A DNA stretch of 64,000 nucleotides from Pseudomonadota bacterium (GTDB lineage: Bacteria; Pseudomonadota; Alphaproteobacteria; SMXQ01): positions 7,572 to 71,571 of the forward strand of contig JADFJG010000003.1 of assembly GCA_022566265.1 (NCBI GenBank), given 5' to 3'. The stretch's first letter is position 1. Every line of letters starts with the position of its first letter. Shown here piece by piece: positions 52,004 to 64,000 of this stretch. A program made the position numbers and the translations under genes. The notes beneath the pieces were generated by a model, which made no database searches, was not told where the DNA came from, and was given only the letters and a program-made list of their open reading frames with translations.

Positions 52004-54286
52004 ATGCCCTCAGCCCACGCCGGTTCGGACCCCGCGGCGCTCACCGATCGCGTCAAGGTCCTGCTGCCCCTGCCCCTGACCGGCGCCTTCGACTATATCG
52101 CCGGCGCCGGCCGGCCCCTCGGCGCCGGCGATTTCGTCCGCGTTCCCCTCGGCCGGCGCCAGTTGGTCGGCGTCGTCTGGGACCCGCCGGAGGACGGCGG
52201 CGGTCGTGCCGGCGAAGGCGACGGGGGGCCGAAGGGCGCGAAAACCTATGCCCTCAAGACCGTCACCGGCCTCATCGAGGCGCCGCCCTTGCTTGACCTT
52301 CAGCGCCGTTTCATCCGTTGGGTCGCCGCCTACACCCTGACGCCGCCGGGCGCGGTGCTGCGCATGGTGATGAGCGTGCCCGACGCGCTCGAGCCGCCGA
52401 AACCGGTCACCGCCTTCGCCGGCGAGCCGGGCTGGGACGCGCCCGGGGGTTTCAGGATGACGCCGGCGCGAAAGCGCGTCCTCGCGGTGCTGGCCGACGG
52501 GCCGCCGAGGCCGATGGCCGAGATCGTCCGCGAGGCCGGCGCCGGGTCTTCCGTGGTCCGCGGTCTCGAGAACGCGGGCGCGCTCGGGCCGGTTCATCTG
52601 CCGCCACCGCCGCCTTTCGTCGCGCCCGACTGGCGGCGCGCCGGGCCGAAGCTGTCGCCGCACCAGGCCGAGGCCGCGTCAAGCTTGATAGCGGCGGTGG
52701 AGAAAGCTTCCGGTGACGGCGTCGACCAAGAGGCGAAGGCCGGGTTCAGCGTCTCCCTGCTCGATGGCGTCACCGGATCGGGCAAGACGGAGGTTTATTT
52801 CGAGGCCATCGCCAAGACCCTGGAGATCGGGCGAAGCGTCCTCGTGCTGCTGCCCGAGATCGCGCTCTCGGCCCAGTGGTTGGCGCGTTTCGAATCCCGC
52901 TTCGGCGCCCCGCCGGCGCTCTGGCATTCCGAGCTTGGCGCCAGGGCGCGGCGGACGACCTGGCGGGCGGTGGCGGAAGGCCAGGTCGAGGTCGTTGTCG
53001 GCGCGCGCTCGGCCCTGTTCCTGCCGTTCCCCGACCTCGGCCTCATCGTCGTCGATGAGGAGCACGATTCGTCCTTCAAGCAGGAAGAAGGGGTGCTCTA
53101 CAACGCCCGCGACATGGCCGTGGTGCGCGCATCCCTTGGCGCCATCCCCATCGTCCTGGTGTCGGCGACGCCGTCGCTCGAGACGGTGACCAACGCCAAG
53201 GGCGGGCGCTATGCGCATCTTCATCTTCCCGACCGGCACGGCGGCGCCATCATGCCCGAGGTCAGCCTCATCGATATGCGCAACGAGGCGCCCTCGTCCG
53301 GTTCCTGGCTGTCGCCGCCGTTGAAGGAGGCGCTGGCGGCGACCCTGGCGGCGGACGAGCAGGCGATGCTGTTCATCAACCGCCGGGGCTATGCCCCCTT
53401 GACGCTTTGCCGGACCTGCGGGCACCGCCTCGAATGTCCCGATTGTTCCGCCTGGCTGGTCGAGCACCGCGGCGTCGGGCGGCTCGCCTGCCACCATTGC
53501 GGCCACTCGGTGGTGCTGCCCCGGTGCTGCCCGTCTTGCGAGAATGAAGGCGCCTGGGCGGCCTGCGGCCCGGGGGTCGAGCGCCTGGCGGAGGAGGCGC
53601 AAGCGCTGTTCCCCGGCGCCCGCCAGGCGATCATGGCAAGCGATACCCTGACCGGGCCCGAGGCCGCCGCCACTCTGGTGCGCAAGGTCGAGCGGCACGA
53701 GATCGACCTTCTCATCGGCACCCAGGTGATGGCCAAGGGCCACCATTTCCCGCTCCTCACCCTGGTCGGCGTCGTCGACGCCGATCTCGGTCTCGCCGGC
53801 GGCGATCTCAGGGCGTCGGAGCGCACTTACCAGCTGCTGGCCCAACTCGCCGGGCGCGCCGGGCGGGCGGAGCGGCCAGGCCGTGTCCTGTTGCAGACCT
53901 ATGAGCCGGACCACCCGGTCATGCGGGCGCTGGTCTCGGGAGGCCGGGACGCCTTCCTCGACGCCGAGGCCGAGGCGAGGCGCGCCAGCGCCATGCCGCC
54001 GTTCGGCAGGCTGGCGGCGGTCATCCTTTCGGCGCGGGACGAAGCGGAAGTCGACCGGGTGGCGAGGGAGCTGAGCCGCGCCGCGCCGCGCGGCCCCGGG
54101 ATCACCGTGCTCGGCCCGGCGCCGGCGCCCCTCGCCTTCCTTCGCGGGCGCCACCGGCGGCGCTTCCTCATCAAGGCGGCCAAGGGTTTCAACATACAAG
54201 GCGCCTTGCGCGCCTGGCTCGACGCCGCGCCGGCGCCGAAATCGGTGCGCGTCCAGGTCGACATCGACCCCTACAGCTTCATGTGA
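52004..54286 (+). CDS. priA: Primosomal protein N' (PriA helicase)
   Basis: Walker [12 protein letters not shown], DExH box VVDEEHD, and a Cys4 zinc-finger region ([17 protein letters not shown]...CHHCGH...CPSCEN). Start taken at the ATG at 52004 after an AT-rich leader; a GTG at 51917 is an alternative. Confidence 0.9.
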   Translation: MPSAHAGSDPAALTDRVKVLLPLPLTGAFDYIAGAGRPLGAGDFVRVPLGRRQLVGVVWDPPEDGGGRAGEGDGGPKGAKTYALKTVTGLIEAPPLLDLQRRFIRWVAAYTLTPPGAVLRMVMSVPDALEPPKPVTAFAGEPGWDAPGGFRMTPARKRVLAVLADGPPRPMAEIVREAGAGSSVVRGLENAGALGPVHLPPPPPFVAPDWRRAGPKLSPHQAEAASSLIAAVEKASGDGVDQEAKAGFSVSLLDGVTGSGKTEVYFEAIAKTLEIGRSVLVLLPEIALSAQWLARFESRFGAPPALWHSELGARARRTTWRAVAEGQVEVVVGARSALFLPFPDLGLIVVDEEHDSSFKQEEGVLYNARDMAVVRASLGAIPIVLVSATPSLETVTNAKGGRYAHLHLPDRHGGAIMPEVSLIDMRNEAPSSGSWLSPPLKEALAATLAADEQAMLFINRRGYAPLTLCRTCGHRLECPDCSAWLVEHRGVGRLACHHCGHSVVLPRCCPSCENEGAWAACGPGVERLAEEAQALFPGARQAIMASDTLTGPEAAATLVRKVERHEIDLLIGTQVMAKGHHFPLLTLVGVVDADLGLAGGDLRASERTYQLLAQLAGRAGRAERPGRVLLQTYEPDHPVMRALVSGGRDAFLDAEAEARRASAMPPFGRLAAVILSARDEAEVDRVARELSRAAPRGPGITVLGPAPAPLAFLRGRHRRRFLIKAAKGFNIQGALRAWLDAAPAPKSVRVQVDIDPYSFM

Positions 54287-54470
54287 TCGCCGGGTTCGAC
54301 GCCGCTTCGGGGCGGCTGGAAGGGCGGGGGCTGGTTGGTTGCCACACCCCGGTGAGTGTGTTAGATAAGCACGCCCTCCGGGGGGAAATGGCGTCCGGAG
54401 GGGCGCGTTAGTTCGCTTGAGACATCACCGTTTTGACGAATCTCATTTAGGAATTCGGGAGCTTATCTCG

Positions 54471-55023
54471 GTGCCATCGGAGACGACAGGCGCGACCGGG
54501 CTTGCCGGGCGCTATGCCGCCGCCTTGTTCGAACTGGCGGAGGAGGGCAAGCAGTTGGATGCGGTCGCCAAGGACCTTGCAAGCCTGCGCGCGATGATAG
54601 ATAGCAGCGACGATCTCAGGCGCACGATCCTCTCCCCGGTGGTCTCGCGCGAGGACCACGCCAAGGCGATGACGGTGCTGGCCGGCCAGGCGGGCATGAG
54701 CTGACCGGCAACTTCCTGGGCTTCGTCTCCATGAACCGCCGCCTGTTCGCGCTCGACCGCATGATCGCCGCCTATCTTTCCCTGCTGGCGCAAAGCCGGG
54801 GCGAGATGACGGCGGAAGTGATTTCGGCCTCCGAACTCAGCGACAGACATCTGGAGAAGATCGCCGACGCCGTCAAACAGGCGCTCGGCAGCAAGGTCGC
54901 GATCGAAGCCCGGGTGGACACCTCGCTTCTCGGCGGCCTGATCGTCAAGGTCGGGTCGAAGATGTTCGATTCCTCGCTCCGTACCAAGTTGGCGAAATTG
55001 CAGTTTGCCATGAAGGGGGTTGG

Positions 55024-55027
<4 letters not shown>
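54471..55027 (+). CDS. atpH: F1Fo ATP synthase delta (OSCP) subunit, interrupted by an apparent 1-nt frameshift near 54696-54704
   Basis: The N-terminal part ([16 protein letters not shown]...LAGQAGMS*) ends at a TGA at 54702. The C-terminal part continues in the -1 frame ([20 protein letters not shown]...[33 protein letters not shown]). Together they form a normal ~185-aa delta subunit. Confidence 0.7.
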
Positions 55028-56556
<1,529 letters not shown>

Positions 56557-56593
56557 ACCGGGGACCGCTCCCGGATCGTAGCGTTGACGCCGA

Positions 56594-57490
56594 ATGGCCA
56601 ATCTCAAAGATCTCAGGACCCGCATCAACAGCGTGAAGTCGACCCAGAAGATCACCGCCGCGATGAAGATGGTGGCGGCGTCCAAGCTCCGGCGCGCCCA
56701 GGAACAGTGCGAGGCCGCAAGGCCCTACGCCGAGCGCATGGAACGCATGCTGTCCTCCCTCGCCGCCGGCATTCCCGAGGGGTGGGAGGCGCCGAAGCTG
56801 CTGGCCGGCACCGGTCGGGACGAGGTGCATCTGGTGGTGGTGGCGACGTCGGATCGCGGCCTTTGCGGCAGCTTCAACACCCAGATCGTGCGCGGCGCGC
56901 GGGGGCTGATCCGTGACTTGCGCAAGGACGGCAAGACCGTCAAGATTCTTTGCATCGGCCGCAAGGGCCGGGACCAGTTGAAGACCGAGTTCGGCGATCT
57001 GATTATCGATACCATCGAGGATCTTTCCCGCCCAAGGCCGAGTTACGACGAGGGCCTCGGTATCGCCGAACGGATCGCCGCCATGGCCGGGGAGGAGGAA
57101 TTCGACGTCTGCACCATCGTCTATAACCGCTTCAGGTCGGCCATTTCCCAGGAACTGACGGTGCAGCAACTCATTCCCTTCCCGGTACTGGAAGCGGTCG
57201 CGGAAGCCGGGGCTGAGAAAGAACCCGGCCCTTCGGCGATCTACGAGTTCGAGCCCGATGAAGAAGGCATCCTCAATGAGTTGTTGCCGAGGAACCTCGC
57301 GGTGCAGGTTTTCCGGGCGTTGCTGGAAAGCTTCGCCAGCGAGCAGGGCGCGCGCATGGCGGCGATGGACAGCGCCACGCGCAACGCCGGTGAGATGATC
57401 GACAAGCTGACGCTCAACTACAACCGTACGCGTCAGGCCAAAATCACCACCGAGATGATCGAGATCGTGTCCGGCGCCGAGGCGCTGTGA
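56594..57490 (+). CDS. atpG: ATP synthase F1 gamma subunit
   Basis: [36 protein letters not shown] is the canonical gamma N-terminus. Confidence 0.92.
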   Translation: MANLKDLRTRINSVKSTQKITAAMKMVAASKLRRAQEQCEAARPYAERMERMLSSLAAGIPEGWEAPKLLAGTGRDEVHLVVVATSDRGLCGSFNTQIVRGARGLIRDLRKDGKTVKILCIGRKGRDQLKTEFGDLIIDTIEDLSRPRPSYDEGLGIAERIAAMAGEEEFDVCTIVYNRFRSAISQELTVQQLIPFPVLEAVAEAGAEKEPGPSAIYEFEPDEEGILNELLPRNLAVQVFRALLESFASEQGARMAAMDSATRNAGEMIDKLTLNYNRTRQAKITTEMIEIVSGAEAL

Positions 57491-57531
57491 GGTGCGCTTT
57501 CGATCGAACGACGGGATCAATAGTGTGATGA

Positions 57532-58965
<1,434 letters not shown>

Positions 58966-58976
58966 GGAACCGGTGA

Positions 58977-59378
58977 ATGCCCGACAAGGTCGAATTCGAG
59001 CTGGTGGCGCCCGAGGCGCTGGTCTTTTCGGCCGCCGCCGACATGGTGGTGGTGCCCGGATCGGAAGGGGATTTCGGCGTATTGGCGGGCCATGCCCCGC
59101 TGATCTCCCTGGTGCGGCCCGGAATCATCGACGTCCATGACGAGGGCACCGTGAAGCAGCGCATCTTCGTCGCCGGCGGCTTCGCCGAGGTGACCGAGAG
59201 GCGCTTGACGGTGCTGGTGGAGGAAGCGGCGCCGGTGGACGCCCTCGATCGCGGCGCCATCGAAGCGCGGCTTGAGCGCGCCCGGAAAGAAGCCGGCGCG
59301 GCCGAGACCGAGGAGGAAAAGGCGGCGGCCGAAAAGGAGATCGTCCTGGCGCAGGCCATGCTCGGGGCCATCGAATAG
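58977..59378 (+). CDS. atpC: ATP synthase F1 epsilon subunit
   Basis: 133 aa with a beta-sandwich N-terminus and helical C-terminus. Conserved operon position. Confidence 0.9.
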   Translation: MPDKVEFELVAPEALVFSAAADMVVVPGSEGDFGVLAGHAPLISLVRPGIIDVHDEGTVKQRIFVAGGFAEVTERRLTVLVEEAAPVDALDRGAIEARLERARKEAGAAETEEEKAAAEKEIVLAQAMLGAIE

Positions 59379-59522
59379 GGCGAGGCCGGCGATGACCGCC
59401 GGGTCGACCGCCCCTCGGGTTCCCGATTGCCGCTCGGACAATTTTGCGCTTGGACAAGCCGGGCCTTGCATAGATATAATTTGGCCAACCGAACCGACCG
59501 CCCCCGCGGGGAGCCTGCCTTG

Positions 59523-60338
59523 ATGAAGCATTGGACGCCAGAGGATATCCCCTGGGACGACTTCGATCCCCAGCGGGTGAACGGCGATATCCTCAAGATC
59601 GTCAAGGCGGCCAGCCTGGTCGAGGGGAACGGGCGGGATTACGCGCGTTATCTTTGCAATGTCTTCGACGATGACGCCGAATTCCAGGAAGCGGCGCGCG
59701 CCTGGGCCGAGGAGGAGGTCCAGCATGGCGACGTTCTGGGGCGCTGGGCCGAGCTCGCGGATGCCGAATTCGATTTCAGCGCTTGTCTCAAGCGCTTCAC
59801 CGACGGCTACAAGCTGCCCCTGGACGCCACGAGTTCGGTCCGTGGCTCCCGCGCCGGCGAATTGGTCGCCAGGTGTATCGTCGAGGTCGGAACCAGCGCC
59901 CATTATTCGGCGCTGGCGGGCGCCACCGACGAGCCGGTGCTCAAGGAGATCTGCAAGCGCATCGCGGCGGATGAGTTGCGTCACTACAAGCTGTTCTACA
60001 GCCACCTCAAGCGCTATCTCGACCGCGAGGGATTGGGCGTGCTCGGCAGGCTCAGGGTGGCGCTCGGGCGCATCACCGAATCGGAAGACGACGAGCTGGC
60101 CTACGCCTATTACGCCGCCAATGGCGGCACCGAGCCCTATGACCGCAAGCGCAACATCCGCGCCTACGTTCACAGGGCGTACCCTTACTACCGTCCCGGT
60201 ATCGTCCAGCGCGCCGTCGCCATGACGTGCAAGGCCACCGGGCTGAAGCCCAACGGCTGGCTCAGCCGCATCGTCGCCGGCCTGGCGTGGCGTTTCATGG
60301 CCTATCGCCAGCGCCGCCTCGCCCAGACGCCGGGTTGA
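59523..60338 (+). CDS. Ferritin-like diiron-carboxylate family protein (two ExxH motifs)
   Basis: EEEVQHG and ADELRHY are spaced about 90 aa apart, as expected for a four-helix diiron site. Start taken at the MKHWTPEDIPWDDF ATG. The specific family could not be resolved. Confidence 0.5.
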   Translation: MKHWTPEDIPWDDFDPQRVNGDILKIVKAASLVEGNGRDYARYLCNVFDDDAEFQEAARAWAEEEVQHGDVLGRWAELADAEFDFSACLKRFTDGYKLPLDATSSVRGSRAGELVARCIVEVGTSAHYSALAGATDEPVLKEICKRIAADELRHYKLFYSHLKRYLDREGLGVLGRLRVALGRITESEDDELAYAYYAANGGTEPYDRKRNIRAYVHRAYPYYRPGIVQRAVAMTCKATGLKPNGWLSRIVAGLAWRFMAYRQRRLAQTPG

Positions 60339-60345
60339 CAATTTG

Positions 60346-60386
60346 TTGACATGCCAACAGGGACAAGGTATCTATAGAACATATAG
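60346..60386 (+). promoter_or_regulatory. Sigma70-like promoter (TTGACA, 17 nt, TATCTA) with a perfect 6-bp inverted repeat TCTATA-N5-TATAGA upstream of the methyltransferase gene
   Basis: TTGACA at 60346-60351 and TATCTA at 60369-60374. The palindrome TCTATAGAACATATAGA at 60370-60386 overlaps the -10 and +1 region. Confidence 0.35.
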
Positions 60387-60504
60387 AGAACGATCTGTTT
60401 GGCGGCTCTTTCCTGCAACCACGTTTTTGCCTTTCCTATAAATGGCCTATCAAGCGCATCAGGCAATTCAATCAGACGATACGAGTCGCCGTTCTGACGG
60501 CGCG

Positions 60505-61386
60505 ATGCCCTATCAAATTCATCTCGGGGATGCATTCGCGTGGCTGTCCTCGGCAAGGAGTTGCTCGATCCATGCGGTCGTCACCGATCCACCATATGGC
60601 CTGATCGAATATTCCGACACCCAACTGAAGAAATTGAAGTCAGGGCGGGGAGGTGTTTGGAGGATTCCACCGAAATTTGATGGTTGTACACGGATGCCGC
60701 TGCCGCGATTTACCGTACTGTCGGCGGCTGATCACGAGGCGCTTCGATCGTTCTTTGCTGAATTTGCCAGATTGTTGAAACGTGTTTTGGTTCCTGGCGC
60801 CCACGTGTTTGTCGCGACCAATCCACTCGTGTCTTTTCTGGTCTATGAGCCCTTCATATCGGCTGGATTCGAGAAACGCGGGGATATCATCCGGGTCGTC
60901 CATACCTTGCGGGGGGGCGATCGGCCTAAAAATGCCCATGAAGAGTTTTCCGAAGTTTCAGTCATGCCGAAATCCTGTTGGGAGCCGTGGGCGCTGTTTC
61001 GAAAACCGTGCGAAGGACGTGTCCAAGATAACCTTCGTAAGTGGAAGACCGGCGGTTTGCGCCGCATTTCAAGTGACGAACCCTTCAAGGATTTGATTTA
61101 CTCCTCTCCGGCGAGAGGCATCGAAAGAAAAATTGCCTCTCACCCCTCGCTAAAACCGCAACAGTTTTTACGTCAGCTCGTCCAGGCGGCGCTGCCCCTG
61201 GGCGAAGGGGTCATACTCGATCCGTTCATGGGCTCGGGCTCGACGATAGCCGCTGCCTCCGCATGTGGCTTACGCAGTATCGGGATCGAAATGAATCCTG
61301 AATATTTCGAGTTGGCCGAGCAGGCGATCCCGGAACTGGCGCACTATTCACCGGAAGAACTCCGGGCCAATGGTACGAAAGGCTGA
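60505..61386 (+). CDS. Beta-class DNA N6-adenine methyltransferase (DPPY ... FxGSGST order)
   Basis: Motif IV DPPY near the N-terminus and motif I DPFMGSGSTIAAA near the C-terminus, CcrM/HinfI-like, with HPSLKPQQFL upstream of motif I. Low-GC island. Confidence 0.75.
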   Translation: MPYQIHLGDAFAWLSSARSCSIHAVVTDPPYGLIEYSDTQLKKLKSGRGGVWRIPPKFDGCTRMPLPRFTVLSAADHEALRSFFAEFARLLKRVLVPGAHVFVATNPLVSFLVYEPFISAGFEKRGDIIRVVHTLRGGDRPKNAHEEFSEVSVMPKSCWEPWALFRKPCEGRVQDNLRKWKTGGLRRISSDEPFKDLIYSSPARGIERKIASHPSLKPQQFLRQLVQAALPLGEGVILDPFMGSGSTIAAASACGLRSIGIEMNPEYFELAEQAIPELAHYSPEELRANGTKG

Positions 61387-61984
61387 CTTCGACCCTTCGG
61401 TGCCACTGCCACCCGGTCTCGACATTGCTTCGATTAGACGGGCCATAGATTACATCGAGCGAGAACTCGCCGATCTGATCGACGTCTATTTCGAGCAAGC
61501 TAATATCTTCAGCGCGCTGGTCGGCATATACGGGACCAAGGCGCTCGACTCGCTCAGCAATTATGAAAAGCATCGTCACATCGACACGGCACAGCAGCGT
61601 TTCCCCGACCTGCGCCGGAGAGGCTCCGGAAATCGCCCCAGTCCGAAAGAGTCCCTGGAAAGCAAGGCAAGTAAACGTCCGTGGGCTATTCAATCGCACT
61701 ACGATCATGCCGGGTGGTACATCGTTTGGCGCTATATGGTTGAGCCAACGGAATCCTTGGCATCTGGGCGGCCCGTCATAATCTGTCGCGTGGATGTCAT
61801 TTTCCTCCGTAAGTCAGACTGGAAATATGAAAGGAGCAGCGCCGGTCGAAAGGGCGGTGGCCGCACTCATACCTTTGGGGTAACGAATCCGGCCAAGAAG
61901 TTACGTGGCAAGGCTGTTTACCAGCGAAAAGATGTCGCGATACGCGACGGAAAATGGGTCCCCGTGAATGGCGGGGAAGGTTGA
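61370..61984 (+). CDS. Candidate Type II restriction endonuclease (PD-ExK-like) partner of the methyltransferase
   Basis: 204-aa low-GC ORF overlapping the methyltransferase stop by 17 bp. FPDL...ESLESK provides a PD-(x)n-ExK arrangement. No other homology recognised. Confidence 0.4.
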   Translation: MVRKADFDPSVPLPPGLDIASIRRAIDYIERELADLIDVYFEQANIFSALVGIYGTKALDSLSNYEKHRHIDTAQQRFPDLRRRGSGNRPSPKESLESKASKRPWAIQSHYDHAGWYIVWRYMVEPTESLASGRPVIICRVDVIFLRKSDWKYERSSAGRKGGGRTHTFGVTNPAKKLRGKAVYQRKDVAIRDGKWVPVNGGEG

Positions 61985-62039
61985 CCCGCGACCATAGGGT
62001 GATTTTTCGGAAAGCCGGCCGGAAAGCTGGGGCGCCGGG

Positions 62040-62549
62040 TCAGGCGGGGGGGGCCGTCCCGTCCTTGAAGGCGCGGACGATGGGGCCGAATTCGGCGACG
62101 AGGTCCTCATAGAGCCGGCGTTTGAACGGCACGATCAGATCGGGAATGGTTTCCAACTCGACCCACTTCCAGTCGAGAAATTCAGGGTTCTCGGTGGCGA
62201 TGTCGATGTCGTCGTCGGTGCCGGTGAAGCGGACCAGGAACCACTTCTGGCTCTGGCCGCGAAACCGGCCGCCCCATAGCCGGGGCAGCAGCTCTTCGGG
62301 CAGATCGTAGCTCAGCCATCCTTCGCTTTCGGCGATGATCTCCACCTTGTCGGTGCCGACCTCTTCGCGGAATTCCCGTAGGGCGGCTTGCTCCGGCGTC
62401 TCGCCCTCGTCGATGCCGCCCTGGGGCATTTGCCAGGCCTCGGACGGCATGTCGATACGCCGGGCGACGAAGACCAGTCCCTCGGGCGATAGCGCCATCA
62501 TGCCGACACCGGGACGATAAGGCAGGTTCGAAAAATCCTTCATCGTCAA
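62040..62549 (-). CDS. rppH: RNA pyrophosphohydrolase RppH (NUDIX)
   Basis: YRPGVGMMAL ... Nudix box GGIDEGETPEQAALREFREEVG. Alphaproteobacterial RppH architecture. Confidence 0.85.
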   Translation of the reverse strand: MTMKDFSNLPYRPGVGMMALSPEGLVFVARRIDMPSEAWQMPQGGIDEGETPEQAALREFREEVGTDKVEIIAESEGWLSYDLPEELLPRLWGGRFRGQSQKWFLVRFTGTDDDIDIATENPEFLDWKWVELETIPDLIVPFKRRLYEDLVAEFGPIVRAFKDGTAPPA

Positions 62550-62565
62550 CGATCTACTGTCGTCA

Positions 62566-64000
62566 TCAGTCGGGCTGTTTGTTGGCGAGGGCGGAGACCG
62601 GGACCAGGATCAAGCCCTTTTTCTCGAATTGCCGGAGCCACCGCCCGACCCGCTCGAAGGTGACGGGATAGGTGGTGCCGACGCCAAGGGCATGGCCGCT
62701 CGTCCGGGCGATGCGCTCGAGCTCGGCGAGCCTTTGGTCGATGGCCTCCCGCGATGCCCTGACGTCGATGAAACGGTTGTTGATCGCCCTCGCCAGGCCG
62801 ATCCTGGTCGCCATCCGGGCGGCGACGCTACGCAGCGAAGCACCCGAATCGACGAACATCAGGCCGCGTCTCTTCAACTCCGCGAGGATCGGATCGAGAT
62901 GGCGGCCCGAGGTCGTGAACCGTGAGCCCATGTCGTTGATGACACCGACATATCCGGAAGACCGGCTCAACACCCAACGCAGGCGCTTGAGATTCTCCGC
63001 CGCCGCCAGAGAGGTCAGGAGCGTATGGGGACCGGGGTCGTCGGCGGGAAAATTGTCCGGTTCCATCGGCAGGGTCAACAGCACCTCGTGGCCCGCCGCC
63101 CGGGCCAGGGGAATCCACCGGTCGAGCGTCTTGGCGTAGGGCGCGAAGGCCAGGGTCACGGCGCCGGGAAGACGCTGGATGGCGGCCTGGGTCGAAGCCT
63201 CCGAAAGCCCGAGTCCGACGATCACCAGGGCAATGCGCGGCCGTCTGTCCCTGTCATCGAAGCGGCGCGCATAGACCAGCCACGGCTTGCGCCCGTCGTC
63301 GCCGATAACGGGCAGCAGTCCTAGCCCGCTTTTCTCGGTAAGGCCGGGATCCGGCGCCGGTGAGAGCGCCGAACGCCTGGTGATGATGTTGCTCAGCGCC
63401 TTCGGCGCTCCGGGCACGGGCGAGGGCGCCTTGGGAGCAACGGCGGAGGGGCGGAGCCGGACGACCGTTTTACCGGCGGCCGTTTCACCGGCGGCGGTTT
63501 TCTCCTGGGTGGCCTTGGACGTTTCCTTTTTGGCCGGCTTGGGCGTCACCGCCGGCTCGGGCGCCACCGGCGGCTCGGGTGTCGCCGTCTCGATCTCGGC
63601 TTTCACCGGGGCCTTGGCGGCGGGCTTGGTTTTTGCGGGGACCTTGGCTTTGGCCTTGGCTTTCGCCTTTGGCTCGGGTGCGGCCGGCTTCGGGGGCGTC
63701 TTCGCCTTAGCCGGCGGCTCGGGCGTCGCCGTCTTGGCCTCGGCCTTCACCGGGGCCTTGGCGGCGGGCTTGGTTTTTGCGGGGACCTTGGCTTTGGCCT
63801 TGGCTTTCGCCTTCGGCTCGGGTGCGGCCGGCTTCGGGGGCGTCTTCGCCTTAGCCGGCGGCTCGGGCGTCACCGTCTCGACCTCGGCCTTCACCGGGGC
63901 CTTGGCTTTCTCAGGGGGCGTGGCCTTGGCGGGCGGCGTCTTGGCTTTCTCGGCGGTCCTGGTCTTCGGTTCCGGGGCGGGCGGCGGTTTCTTGGCGGCG
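62566..64000 (-). CDS. Divergent polysaccharide deacetylase (YibQ-like) family protein with Ala/Lys/Pro-rich repetitive N-terminal region; the 5' end probably runs off the window
   Basis: The C-terminal domain resembles DUF610/divergent polysaccharide deacetylases. The N-terminal region has tandem AKTPPKPAAPEPKAKAKAKAKVPAKTKPAAKAPVKAE repeats. The reading frame stays open to the window edge. Confidence 0.65.
   Translation of the reverse strand, partial: AAKKPPPAPEPKTRTAEKAKTPPAKATPPEKAKAPVKAEVETVTPEPPAKAKTPPKPAAPEPKAKAKAKAKVPAKTKPAAKAPVKAEAKTATPEPPAKAKTPPKPAAPEPKAKAKAKAKVPAKTKPAAKAPVKAEIETATPEPPVAPEPAVTPKPAKKETSKATQEKTAAGETAAGKTVVRLRPSAVAPKAPSPVPGAPKALSNIITRRSALSPAPDPGLTEKSGLGLLPVIGDDGRKPWLVYARRFDDRDRRPRIALVIVGLGLSEASTQAAIQRLPGAVTLAFAPYAKTLDRWIPLARAAGHEVLLTLPMEPDNFPADDPGPHTLLTSLAAAENLKRLRWVLSRSSGYVGVINDMGSRFTTSGRHLDPILAELKRRGLMFVDSGASLRSVAARMATRIGLARAINNRFIDVRASREAIDQRLAELERIARTSGHALGVGTTYPVTFERVGRWLRQFEKKGLILVPVSALANKQPD
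63595..63900 (-). repeat. About 130-bp in-frame tandem duplication (2+ copies) within the deacetylase-family gene
   Basis: Two nearly identical blocks are visible: GGCTTTGGCCTTGGCTTTCGCCTT...GGCGGCGGGCTTGGTTTTTGCGGGGACCTTGGC. Confidence 0.8.

Noticed and set aside
54287-54470. Imperfect hairpin GCCCTCCGG…CCGGAGGGGC between priA and atpH as a possible terminator or attenuator
   Set aside because: The stem is imperfect and is not followed by a clean U-run. It may be a weak priA terminator, but evidence is insufficient to call it.
60505-61386. Considered whether the DPPY methyltransferase is the chromosomal cell-cycle methyltransferase CcrM
   Set aside because: Motif order and the HPxxKP region resemble CcrM. 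But the protein lacks the ~80-aa CcrM C-terminal domain, lies in a low-GC island, and has an overlapping downstream nuclease-like ORF, which favours an RM methyltransferase.

Overview
This is a 64 kb window from a high-GC (about 65%) alphaproteobacterial chromosome, Rhodospirillales-like by gene order and protein sequence. Most of it is conserved core backbone: tkt-gap-pgk; dapF-mtaB-ftsY; ffh-rpsP-rimM-trmD-rplS; leuCDB; asd; sdhCDAB; nadA-nadC; mdh-sucCDAB-lpdA; xerC with its DUF484 partner; priA; atpHAGDC; rppH. Several small accessory insertions interrupt this backbone. (1) Two ~245-bp copies of a MITE-like element with ~19-bp terminal inverted repeats and 4-bp CTAA target-site duplications sit in inverted orientation 24.5 kb apart. 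(2) A ~1 kb low-GC cassette between leuB and asd carries a small basic protein and a TIR/NDT-like Rossmannoid protein; this is the best candidate for a new defence or toxin module. (3) A low-GC Type II restriction-modification island (DPPY N6A methyltransferase plus a small PD-ExK protein) lies downstream of the atp operon. (4) A VapC/Phd-family toxin-antitoxin pair lies upstream of ffh. (5) A degraded RelE/ParE toxin fragment with an intact HTH antitoxin-like gene lies between lpdA and xerC. (6) An ~890-bp non-coding region with two minus-strand intrinsic terminators may hold an ncRNA. (7) An 11-bp tandem repeat sits upstream of a TauD-family dioxygenase. (8) atpH has an apparent frameshift. 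No rRNA, tRNA or CRISPR arrays were detected. Many long ORFs antisense to real genes are GC-frame artefacts.
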